Shown: positions 15,826 through 24,075 of the stretch, piece after piece | Layout: each line of letters starts with the position of its first letter | Numbering within the stretch: the stretch's first letter is position 1 | Virus record (IMG/VR): IMGVR_UViG_3300012940_000102 | Location: 1-24,613 of that record | Length of the DNA stretch: 24,613 bases | From: a virus | Lineage: Duplodnaviria > Caudoviricetes | Reading direction: 5' to 3' (one strand) | The notes under the pieces: generated by a model | Databases searched by the model: none | Told to the model about the DNA's origin: nothing | The model's input: the letters and a program-made list of their open reading frames with translations, nothing else | Made by a program: the position numbers and the translations under genes

Positions 15826-18149
15826 GCAATAAGCTCACCCTGCTGGTCAATTTCCAGGGCAGCGACAAGCTGTCGGGCGCGATCAAGAACATCATCGGCA
15901 CCGGCAAGTCGGGTGCCCAGGCGCTGAAGGGCATGGGGCGCGAGGCGGCGCGCCTCGAGCGCGAGCTGGCGGCCGTGCGTCGCGAGATCGAGGGCAAGAC
16001 CCGCGGCAACATCATCAAGCTGATCGACAAGGAACGTGATCTCGCGTCCCAGCTTGAGCGCACCAACGAGCAGCTGAAGCGCCAGAAGCGGCTCCTGGAC
16101 ATCGACGCCACGGTCAGCCGCGTCAGCGCCAAGGGACAGCAGTTCAAGGACCGCGGGCGCGAGAACATCGTCCAGGGCGCAGCGATCGCGGCGCCGATCG
16201 TGCTCGCCGTGAAGGCCGCTGGCGATTTTTCGAGCGGCATGGTCGATATCCAGCAAAAGGCCAACCTGACCAACCGCGAGGCCGACAAGCTGGCCCAGAC
16301 CATCATCCTCGCCGCCGCCGCCGCCCGCCAGATGCCCGAGGATTTGCGCGGCGCCGTTGACGTGCTGTCGGGCTTTGGCCTCGATCCCCGCCAGGCCGCG
16401 CTGATGGTGCCTGCGATCGGCCGCCTCGGCACCGCATTCAAGGTCGACCTATCTGACGGCGCCAGTGCCGCCTATGCCAACCTCAACAATCTGAAGGTCC
16501 CGATCGCACAGACCAGCGCCGCGCTCGATATCATGGCCGCCTCGGGCAACGCCGGCGCATTCGAGATTCGCGACATGGCGCGGCACTTCCCCGGCCTGAC
16601 GGCCCAGATGCAGGCGCTGGGGGAAAGCGGCCTGTCGGCAGTGGGCAACCTCTCCGCCGCGCTGCAGATCGCGCGCACCGGTACCGGCAGCGCCGATGAG
16701 GCGGCGAACAACATCAAAAACCTGCTGACCAAGATCAATTCGCCGGCGACGATCAAGGCCTTCCAGAAAAATTTCGGCATCGACCTCCCCGCGGCGATGA
16801 AGAAAATGAAGGATCAGGGGCTCGACACTTTCGAAGCCATTGCCAAGGTGACGCAGCAGGCGACGAAGGGCGATCTGGCGAAGCTGGGCTTCGCATTCGA
16901 GGACATGCAGGCGCAGGGCGCGATCCGCAGCCTGATCCAGAATCTCGACGACTATCGCAAAATCCGGGACGAGGCCATGAAATCGGGCGGCACGGTCGAC
17001 GCGGCCTTCGACCAGCGCGTCCTGCGCGACGCCAACGTCCGCTGGGTCGAGATGAAAAGCTCGCTCTCTCAGGCCGCGATCAGCCTCGGCTCGACGCTGC
17101 TGCCCGTGATGGTGACGACACTCGGCTACCTCAACAGTATGGCGTCCGGCGTCGCAGCCTGGGCGCGCGAACATCCCCAGGCGGCCACCATGCTCCTGCA
17201 AGTCGTCGCGGCTCTAGCGGCGTTCAAGATCGGCCTGGGCGTCCTGCAGTTCGCCTTTGGCGGCATCATCGGCCCCGCGGCGCGACTGTGGGGCTTCTTC
17301 GCCAAGCTGCGCCTCGGTTCCGTGGTTGCGTCGCGGGGGTTCGGCCTTCTGATCAAGGGCGGAACGCTGCTCGGCCGCACCCTGCTCTTCGTCGGCCGTG
17401 CGCTGCTGATGAACCCGATCGGCATCGCGGTCACCGCGATCGGCGTCGCCGCCTATCTGATCTGGAAGCATTGGGACAAGATCAAGGGCGCCTTCAGCGC
17501 CGGCATCGGCTATCTGTCGACCGCCTGGGCCTGGGTGAAAGCCAACGGGCGTAGGATCCTGGAACTCAGCGGCCCGATCGGCCGGGCCGCCATCTTCATC
17601 TGGGACCATTGGGCGACCATCAAGCGCGCCTTCGGCGACGCGCTGGCCTTCGTCTGGGGCTTGCACGTCAAGTTCGTCAGCGCCGGCAAGGCGATCATCG
17701 ACGGTCTGGTCGCGGGCATCAGGGCGGCCCCGGGGAAGATTTGGGCGGCCCTGAAGGCGATCATCAGCGGGGCATGGAACGGCGCGCTCAAGTTCCTGGG
17801 CATCCGCTCCCCGTCCCGCCTCTTTATGTCGATGGGCGGCCATATCAGCTCGGGCCTCGCGCTCGGCATCGATCGCGGCGGCCGCCAGCCGATCGGATCG
17901 ATGAAGCGCCTCGCCGCCGGCGTCGCGGCCGCCGGCGCGATGTCCCTCGGCCCCGCCTATGCCGGTCCCGGCGGCGCGGCCGCGACCGCGCGCGGCACGT
18001 CGGCAACCGTCTCCGCCGCGCCGGCGCCGATCACCATCAACGTCTACGCCAGCGAGGGGCAGGACGCGAAGGCGATCGCCGATGAAGTCATGCGCCGCCT
18101 CGAGGCCGCGCAGGGCGCGCGCCGCCGCTCGGCCTTCGAGGATTTCTGA
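15822..18149 (+). CDS. gpT: Tail tape measure protein, P2 gpT-like
   Basis: 775 aa Ala/Gly-rich helical protein with core GNAGAFEIRDMA..FP.L, NPIG...IW..WD.I repeats and LGIRSPSRLF. Lies between E and U. Confidence 0.95.
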   Translation: MSNKLTLLVNFQGSDKLSGAIKNIIGTGKSGAQALKGMGREAARLERELAAVRREIEGKTRGNIIKLIDKERDLASQLERTNEQLKRQKRLLDIDATVSRVSAKGQQFKDRGRENIVQGAAIAAPIVLAVKAAGDFSSGMVDIQQKANLTNREADKLAQTIILAAAAARQMPEDLRGAVDVLSGFGLDPRQAALMVPAIGRLGTAFKVDLSDGASAAYANLNNLKVPIAQTSAALDIMAASGNAGAFEIRDMARHFPGLTAQMQALGESGLSAVGNLSAALQIARTGTGSADEAANNIKNLLTKINSPATIKAFQKNFGIDLPAAMKKMKDQGLDTFEAIAKVTQQATKGDLAKLGFAFEDMQAQGAIRSLIQNLDDYRKIRDEAMKSGGTVDAAFDQRVLRDANVRWVEMKSSLSQAAISLGSTLLPVMVTTLGYLNSMASGVAAWAREHPQAATMLLQVVAALAAFKIGLGVLQFAFGGIIGPAARLWGFFAKLRLGSVVASRGFGLLIKGGTLLGRTLLFVGRALLMNPIGIAVTAIGVAAYLIWKHWDKIKGAFSAGIGYLSTAWAWVKANGRRILELSGPIGRAAIFIWDHWATIKRAFGDALAFVWGLHVKFVSAGKAIIDGLVAGIRAAPGKIWAALKAIISGAWNGALKFLGIRSPSRLFMSMGGHISSGLALGIDRGGRQPIGSMKRLAAGVAAAGAMSLGPAYAGPGGAAATARGTSATVSAAPAPITINVYASEGQDAKAIADEVMRRLEAAQGARRRSAFEDF

Positions 18150-18151
18150 CG

Positions 18152-18709
18152 ATGAAGATCCCGACCAAGATCCCGGCGCCGCTTCGTTCGATCAGCCTGC
18201 CCTTCGACGGATGGAAGACCCGCGTCGACGCTGCGCGCTATCAGGCGGCGCGGCTGCAACGTCTGGTCAAGGGCCTGTTCCCGGACCCGCCGGCGGTCCC
18301 CGGCATCGACGCGCCGACCGTCGCGGGACCGCGCACGCTGATGAGCTGGGGCCTGTTCGTTTTCGGCCTGGAATCGCTCGCCTATGACAATTATCAGCGC
18401 CGCCGCACCTGGCGTCACGCGGCCTCGGAGCGTTTCGGCGCCCGCGCCGCGCGCCAGTTCATCGGCCCGGGCGACGACAATGTCAGCCTCTATGGCAGTC
18501 TGATCCCCGAAATCACCGGCAGCTTCGGGTCGATCGACCGCCTTGTAGAAATGGCCGATACCGGCGATCCGCAGCCGCTGGTCGACGGGGCCGGGCGACA
18601 GTGGGGGCAATATGTGCTCGTCGGGCTCGACGATAGCGGCAGCAACATCATCGCCGGCGGCATCGCTCGCCGCGTCGACTTCGCCATAGACTTCGAGCGG
18701 GTGGAATAG
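18152..18709 (+). CDS. gpU: Tail protein, P2 gpU family (possible N-terminal extension)
   Basis: LMSWGLFVF, QRR..WRH...R.GAR.A.QFIGPGDD...L.G.L.PE.TG, LVDG.G...G.YV and G.ARR.DF. Confidence 0.92.
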   Translation: MKIPTKIPAPLRSISLPFDGWKTRVDAARYQAARLQRLVKGLFPDPPAVPGIDAPTVAGPRTLMSWGLFVFGLESLAYDNYQRRRTWRHAASERFGARAARQFIGPGDDNVSLYGSLIPEITGSFGSIDRLVEMADTGDPQPLVDGAGRQWGQYVLVGLDDSGSNIIAGGIARRVDFAIDFERVE

Positions 18710-18718
18710 GCGCGCCCG

Positions 18719-19720
18719 ATGGACGGAAACAGGGCCGCCATCCGCCTGACGCTTGAGGACGGGACCGACCTGGCCGACAAGGTCAACCCGCGCCACCTGT
18801 CGCTGACGCTGACCGAAAAGCGGGGCGAGGAAGCCGACGTGCTCGAGCTGACGCTGCACAACCATGACGGCGCGCTGGCTCCGCTGCGCCGGGGCGTCAC
18901 CCTTTTGCTCGCGATGGGATGGGAAAAGGGGGCGAACGTCACTGTCGGGCTGGTCGACAAGGGCCGCTTCAAGGTTGACGAAGTCCGCCGCAGCGGCCCG
19001 CCCGACGTCGTTACCATCCGCGCCCGGGCGGCCGACCTGACCGGCACCTATCGCGAGCGCCGGCGCAAGATGTGGAAGGACACGACGCTCGGCGCGATCC
19101 TGACCGAAATCGCGGGGCGCAACCGCCTGACGCCGCGCATTCACTCCGACCTGGCATCGAAGCCGATCGCGGCGATCGACCAGAAGGCAAAGAGCGATAT
19201 GGCCTTCGTCCGCGATCTCGGCCGCCGCTACGATGCGGTCGCCACACCCAAGGGCGGCGCGCTGGTCTTCATGCCGATCGGGGCCGCCACCACCGCGGGG
19301 GGCAATCCCCTGCCCGCGCTGACGCTGCAGAAGGACGGCGACGGATGGGCATGGGAGTTCGCCGCCGAATCGCGCGACGAATATGACGGCGCGGAGGCCC
19401 AGTATCGAGATCTGGCCGCGGGCCGTAATGTCACGGTCAAGGTCGGGGGTAGCAAGCGGAAGAGGCTGCGCCGTACCTATGCCAATCGCAGCGACGCGGA
19501 GGCGGCCGCCAGGGGCGAGGCATCGAAGCGCAAGCGCGGGACCTTCACCTTCACCTATGACCTTACGCTGGGCGACCCGACGCTGATTCCGAACGCGCGC
19601 ATCACGCTGAAGGGATGGGATAGCGAGATCGACGCGATCGCCTGGCTGGTCGACGAAGCGACCCACACGCTCGACGGCAGCGGCGGATTGAAAACGGCGA
19701 TCAAGCTGGAAAGTCGCTAG
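18719..19720 (+). CDS. gpD: Baseplate hub / late control protein, P2 gpD family
   Basis: LSLTLT..RG.EAD.LELTL, GLVDKG.F.VDEV..SGPPD..TIRARAAD, DQ...SD..F...LGRRYDA.A..KGG.L.F and LRRTYA. Confidence 0.95.
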   Translation: MDGNRAAIRLTLEDGTDLADKVNPRHLSLTLTEKRGEEADVLELTLHNHDGALAPLRRGVTLLLAMGWEKGANVTVGLVDKGRFKVDEVRRSGPPDVVTIRARAADLTGTYRERRRKMWKDTTLGAILTEIAGRNRLTPRIHSDLASKPIAAIDQKAKSDMAFVRDLGRRYDAVATPKGGALVFMPIGAATTAGGNPLPALTLQKDGDGWAWEFAAESRDEYDGAEAQYRDLAAGRNVTVKVGGSKRKRLRRTYANRSDAEAAARGEASKRKRGTFTFTYDLTLGDPTLIPNARITLKGWDSEIDAIAWLVDEATHTLDGSGGLKTAIKLESR

Positions 19721-19778
19721 CGAATATCGATGTATGTATCCGACTTTTCGGATAGAGACCCGCTCGAAAGGATAAGCC

Positions 19779-20537
19779 ATGGCGCAGCAGTCGACGATCG
19801 AATGGACCGATGTGACGTGGAATCCCGTCGCAGGTTGCTCGCCGGCGTCGGCAGGCTGCACCAACTGCTACGCGATGCGCATGGCCGCACGCCTCGAGGC
19901 GATGGGGAGCGAGAAATATCACGGGCTGACCAGAAAGTCCGGTGGCCGCGCCAAATGGAACGGCAAGATCCGGCTGCACTATCCCTCGCTCGAACAACCG
20001 CTGCGCTGGAAAAAGGGTCGCAAGATCTTCGTTAACTCGATGTCGGATCTTTTCCATGCCGATGTCGATATCAACTTCATCGCCGCCGTCTGGCAGGTCA
20101 TGGAACAGACCCCGCAGCATAGTTACCAGATACTGACCAAGCGCCCCGACCGCATGGCAGACGTCATCGAGAGTCTCGCGGTACCGACATTGCCCAATGT
20201 CTGGTTAGGAACCAGCGTCGAGTCTGGCGAGGTGCTCGATCGGATCGAAACTCTCCGGACCATTCCGGCGACCATCCGCTTTATTTCCTTCGAGCCGCTG
20301 ATCGGTTCCGTTAGTGAGGCTGATCTGCGCGACATTCACTGGGCGATCGTGGGCGGCGAGTCCGGGCCTTCAGCGCGGCCAATGGATGAGGCGTGGGTCG
20401 ATGAGATCGAGGCACTGTGCGCCGTGACTGGCACTGCCTTCTTCTTCAAGCAATGGGGCGGGACGAACAAGAAGAAGACGGGTCGGCAGTTCAGGGGTGG
20501 GATTGCTGACGCTTATCCTGCCCATGCTTCCTTATGA
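19779..20537 (+). CDS. DUF5131 (phage Gp37/Gp68) family protein with three-Cys CX6CX2C motif, radical-SAM-like
   Basis: STIEWTD.TWNPV.GCSPASAGCTNCYA, IFVNSMSDLFH, HSYQILTKRP, NVWLGTSVE, RFISFEPL, WAIVGGESG..ARPM and FFFKQWGG. AAGGA RBS. Confidence 0.93.
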   Translation: MAQQSTIEWTDVTWNPVAGCSPASAGCTNCYAMRMAARLEAMGSEKYHGLTRKSGGRAKWNGKIRLHYPSLEQPLRWKKGRKIFVNSMSDLFHADVDINFIAAVWQVMEQTPQHSYQILTKRPDRMADVIESLAVPTLPNVWLGTSVESGEVLDRIETLRTIPATIRFISFEPLIGSVSEADLRDIHWAIVGGESGPSARPMDEAWVDEIEALCAVTGTAFFFKQWGGTNKKKTGRQFRGGIADAYPAHASL

Positions 20538-21411
20538 TGTCTGTGACGCCCTTCTTGATCAGCGCGATCGCTTGAGGGCTAGAGCTGTTCGAAAGGCAAT
20601 AGAGCTCGAAATATCGATTCATCGATCCGACCGTCAGGGGTAGCGGATCGGACACGTAGCGGAAAAGGGTTCCGAGCCGCTCGCGCATGAATTGGGATAT
20701 TTGCTCGGGAGTGGCTCTCTTGCTGCTGCTTGGACTGCTGCCGCCGAACAGATTACCCTGGTCAGGCCCCGATCGGTAAAACGCCGCCTGCCAGTCGTCG
20801 GTGCCGAAAACCTCCTTCAGAGCCAGATATTTGCTCTCGTCGATTCGTGCCCCGTCGCGCGCCATCTGCTGATTTACCGCCTTTACGTTGAACAGATACC
20901 AAACGTCGGCACGCTCCGACGCCGCCAGCGCCTCAAGCGTTCGCCACTTCACGCCCATCCCGTAGGGATCGAGGAACACGACAGCACGCTGGCGCCATTG
21001 GTCGCGATGCCCGCTCCAAGGGGGCTGCGCAAGTATGGACCGGATATGATCGTTTGCGTCGCCGGCGCTGACTTGACAGTCTTTCACGTTTTTCGTGTCG
21101 CATAGCTGCTGTAGCGTGGCTCTTCGCGGACCGTTGGCTTCGACAAAGCGATAATGGTCAAATGGCGGATTTACATTCAGAGCGATGCTCGCACTGCCCA
21201 GCAGCGTCTTCTCCTGAAATGCAATCGGAGCGTTAGCAAAGATGCCACCGGTCAATTCAGTCTGTTGCCGGAATCCCGTTCCAGCAAAGCCGTCTATGTA
21301 CCAGGTCTCGAAGGCTTGATGCTTGAGCGCATTGCAATAGAAGTCGAGATACTTGCCTAGAACATCCAGCTTCAGCTCGGTATGTTCGCCCCCAAATCGG
21401 TGTTCTACCAT
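20491..21411 (-). CDS. tcmP: Three-Cys-motif partner protein TcmP (SAM-dependent methyltransferase-like fold)
   Basis: HTELKL..L..YL, YIDGFAGTG (SAM-binding motif I), GS..IAL, GDAN and VFLDPYG..V.W.TL..LA. AGGAGG RBS before ATG 21411. Adjacent to DUF5131. Confidence 0.88.
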   Translation of the reverse strand: MVEHRFGGEHTELKLDVLGKYLDFYCNALKHQAFETWYIDGFAGTGFRQQTELTGGIFANAPIAFQEKTLLGSASIALNVNPPFDHYRFVEANGPRRATLQQLCDTKNVKDCQVSAGDANDHIRSILAQPPWSGHRDQWRQRAVVFLDPYGMGVKWRTLEALAASERADVWYLFNVKAVNQQMARDGARIDESKYLALKEVFGTDDWQAAFYRSGPDQGNLFGGSSPSSSKRATPEQISQFMRERLGTLFRYVSDPLPLTVGSMNRYFELYCLSNSSSPQAIALIKKGVTDIIRKHGQDKRQQSHP

Positions 21412-21474
21412 CAGCCCCTCCTGCGGATGATTTGCCAGCACGCCTGTTTAAGGTCAGCGCACCCACTTTATGGA

Positions 21475-21502
21475 ATTGTAAGCGCGACCTACAGACTGGC
21501 AC
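21475..21502 (-). promoter_or_regulatory. Possible sigma70-type promoter for tcmP
   Basis: Minus strand reads GTGCCA-N16-TACAAT, about 65 nt upstream of the tcmP start. Confidence 0.4.
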
Positions 21503-21683
21503 GCGTTTGGTAGGCTAGCCAAAATTGATGCAGAACTTCTGGCGCGACCCCGAGCCCCCGTCCAGCTGCGGGCGCGCCAAGTCGTGTTGCATTTCGCCGC
21601 GGCGGTGATCAGCGCAATCATGATCGCCAACCTGGTGCAGGGCGTTAGCGGAATTGCATTGAAATGGTGAGCCAACTGTCGAT

Positions 21684-22523
21684 TTACCAATCGCCCGGAT
21701 CCGAAACGCAGTCGCGGAAAATTTCTTCCACATACCGCATGGGCCAAACCATGCCGATTTGAGCGTCTAGTTGATCGGATGAGCCTACTCGACCCGTGTA
21801 CACACCGACGATCCGATTCCCATCGACACCGATCGTGACGTCGCCGTTCTCGGTCATATACCCGCCTGTCGATCGGGCGAGGACGATAGCTCCTGACATG
21901 CCTTCGCGGGAGGCTGTATCCACGAGCAGATGTCGATGCCCCGGCAAGTCTACGGCGGCCGCGTAGTCGATCGCCAATGACGCCCGCTTCCAGACGGGAA
22001 GCCCAAACCGATGCAAACTTTTGGGGTAGCCGAGGATGAACATATCCATCCCGGTGGCGAGGGCCAATTTCTGCGTGGCGATACGATTTGCCGGCCTATT
22101 GACGACCCCATCAGGCAACTCGGCTTTCACACTCAATGCGGCCAAATCTATCTCACTTGGCCCCAATCTATGAACGAGAAAGTGCGGGAGCCCGTCTTCG
22201 CCATACATGTCGATCGTCCATTTCATCTCTTCGAGATCAGACCGCAATAGGGAAAGCTCGACCTTATTGGGACGAGCGCCGGTGGTCGGTGACAGTGACT
22301 TTCGGGTCTGGGGATGCATCCCGCTGAAACAATGCCAAGCTGAAACGACAGACGTAACGCGATCGCCCGAAGGAAGGGAATGCTCCCAAAGAAAGCCGGA
22401 ACCATGGGCAAGCGGCAGATCGTCCCTCATCATGCGCAATCGGACGGCGAGAGTGCTGAAGGGGTCAATCTGGAGCATATTACGACGCTGCGGGATCGTG
22501 ATCCGCGTTTGAATGTCTGCCAT
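21684..22523 (-). CDS. Trypsin-like serine protease (no signal peptide)
   Basis: GSGFL, triad motifs SAWHC (His), EIDLAAL (Asp) and REGMSGA (Ser), plus FILGYP and IVGVY.G. Confidence 0.85.
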   Translation of the reverse strand: MADIQTRITIPQRRNMLQIDPFSTLAVRLRMMRDDLPLAHGSGFLWEHSLPSGDRVTSVVSAWHCFSGMHPQTRKSLSPTTGARPNKVELSLLRSDLEEMKWTIDMYGEDGLPHFLVHRLGPSEIDLAALSVKAELPDGVVNRPANRIATQKLALATGMDMFILGYPKSLHRFGLPVWKRASLAIDYAAAVDLPGHRHLLVDTASREGMSGAIVLARSTGGYMTENGDVTIGVDGNRIVGVYTGRVGSSDQLDAQIGMVWPMRYVEEIFRDCVSDPGDW

Positions 22524-22553
22524 TAGAAGATCCCCAAAGTTACCAGTCCCGGT

Positions 22554-23297
22554 CTATTGCGCTTTATTTTCCTCGATACCCAATTCGACACTTGTAGCGC
22601 CCAGTGCAGTTGCCGCTGAGACGATGCCGCCCACGCACAGCATCTGCCCGCGCTGGATGAGCTTTGTCATGTCCTCGAGCTCCACCACGTCGGACGGCTT
22701 CGCATCGCCATTCACGATGTTCTTCACTTTGCGAGCCCAAGACCATTTCATGACATAAGCCGTGTCGCACGCTTCGAGCGCGTCTTTCAGCGCCTTTCGG
22801 TGCTCGCCGGTGACGCTCTCGGGAACGTCTAGCTTGCGTATTTCGCTGCTCGTTCCCAAACATGCATCTTCCGCCAGATCGGCGGCACGGTAGGCGGGAA
22901 CCAAATCTCCCCGTTGCATGGCATCCGCCATCCGCGAGGCCGCCGCGTCGCAAGGCGTCACGATGGATTTCACAGAATCATAGAGCGCGATCATGTCGCG
23001 CTTTGGATCACCCGTTTGCGAAGCCGCGTTCTTCGTGCCATTGGCGCCACTGTTGCCGTCGCCCCCGATGCAGGTCGCGAGCGCGAGTATGGCGACAACT
23101 ACGGCCGCACAGCCGATGAGGCCGGCCTTCTTCTCATCCTTCGACACCGCGCTTGAATAGCTTTCGGCCTGCCTACGCGCGTCGATCTCGGCTTGCGTGA
23201 AAGTTGCGCCGCAATGCGGGCAAATTACGGACTTGGTTGATGACGGCTGCTTACAGTGCGGGCACAGTGCTTCACCCTTTTTTGCCTGGATGGTCAT
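22554..23297 (-). CDS. Zn-ribbon membrane-anchored protein
   Basis: N-terminal CPHC-x10-CPHC, one hydrophobic segment (LIGCAAVVVAILALATCIG), then a helical domain with four further Cys. Purine-rich GGGAGG RBS. Confidence 0.8.
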   Translation of the reverse strand: MTIQAKKGEALCPHCKQPSSTKSVICPHCGATFTQAEIDARRQAESYSSAVSKDEKKAGLIGCAAVVVAILALATCIGGDGNSGANGTKNAASQTGDPKRDMIALYDSVKSIVTPCDAAASRMADAMQRGDLVPAYRAADLAEDACLGTSSEIRKLDVPESVTGEHRKALKDALEACDTAYVMKWSWARKVKNIVNGDAKPSDVVELEDMTKLIQRGQMLCVGGIVSAATALGATSVELGIEENKAQ

Positions 23298-23318
23298 GCC
23301 CCTCCCCCTGCTTTTAAT

Positions 23319-23990
23319 CTAATGCTTGCCTATCGACGCCACGACGCGGCCGATCACGAACATCTCATCGTCGACCGCGATCTCGGGGCTCACATTCGGA
23401 TTGTCGCTCTTGATCTTGTAGCTGCCGTCGGCATTCGCCCAGATCCGCTTCACCATGCCGATGTCCGCGATCGCGATCGCCCAGACTTCGTCCTGTTCGT
23501 CGATCCGCCGGCGGCGCAGGTCGATAATCACGATCGCCCCATTGACCAGCGTCGGTTTCATCGAATCGCCACGCAGCCGGGCAAAGACCAGCATATGCGG
23601 CGGAGCATCGGTGAACTCGCGCAGCCAGTCGCGCGGGAAATAGCGCTGGGTTTCCACCACTGCGCCGTCCAGATAGGCGCCGCCTCCGCCCAGCGTCAGG
23701 TCGGCTTCCCTGATCGGGACCAAGCCCAGCTCATCGGGCGTCGGCTGAGAATCACGTCGCCCGTCTGTCGGCACGGTCGACGCCTCGCCCTCATCATCGG
23801 TTTCGCCCATCAGATAGGCGGGGCTGGTGCCGAGTTCGGCAGCGATCCGGTGCGTAAACTTCGACCCCTGAGCGGGCTCCTTCACGAGCTTCCAGATTGT
23901 CGTCTGGGATACGCCGATTCGGCGCGCGAGTTCGCTTTGCGAAATCCCGCGCCTTTCCATCAATGCCTCTAACCGATCACCCCGGAACAT
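23319..23990 (-). CDS. cI: CI-like repressor: XRE HTH plus S24 (LexA-type) autopeptidase
   Basis: HTH GISQSELARRIGVSQTTIWKL...IAAELG.SPAYLMG. Catalytic GDSM.P (Ser) and MVKR (Lys), KSDNP and VIGRVV. Start ATG 23990 (alternative GTG 23999). Confidence 0.93.
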   Translation of the reverse strand: MFRGDRLEALMERRGISQSELARRIGVSQTTIWKLVKEPAQGSKFTHRIAAELGTSPAYLMGETDDEGEASTVPTDGRRDSQPTPDELGLVPIREADLTLGGGGAYLDGAVVETQRYFPRDWLREFTDAPPHMLVFARLRGDSMKPTLVNGAIVIIDLRRRRIDEQDEVWAIAIADIGMVKRIWANADGSYKIKSDNPNVSPEIAVDDEMFVIGRVVASIGKH

Positions 23991-24000
23991 AGCGCGCACA

Positions 24001-24066
24001 TTACAACCTTGGTTATTATCCGCTCTAAAACTTTTGTTGTTGACAGGTCTAAAACTTAGGTTGTAG
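24001..24066. promoter_or_regulatory. Three 18-bp pseudo-palindromic operators (consensus CTA[C/A]AAC-N4-GTTGTAG) at 24001, 24025 and 24049
   Basis: TTACAACCTTGGTTATTA, CTAAAACTTTTGTTGTTG and CTAAAACTTAGGTTGTAG, in exact 24-bp register between the divergent cI and cro genes. Confidence 0.85.
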
Positions 24067-24070
24067 CTAT
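24040..24070 (+). promoter_or_regulatory. Rightward early (PR-like) promoter for cro
   Basis: Perfect TTGACA at 24040-24045 followed by TAGCTAT at 24064-24070, overlapping operators 2 and 3. Confidence 0.7.
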
Positions 24071-24075
24071 GGGGC

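Noticed and set aside
18044-19864. 606-aa minus-strand ORF, and similar long antisense ORFs at 20-697, 868-2133, 2063-3304 and 13674-14771
   Set aside because: They mirror well-supported + strand structural genes. High-GC codon bias removes antisense stops, and the translations show no recognisable motifs.
21477-21493. TGTA-N9-TACA upstream of tcmP as a third late-activator site
   Set aside because: Spacing is 2 nt shorter than the two matched sites and the downstream GCC/GCTGG elements are missing.
21454-21747. Small ORFs between tcmP and the protease (21454-21747 +, 21515-21733 -)
   Set aside because: No clear RBS, overlap with the protease 3' end, and no recognisable motifs.
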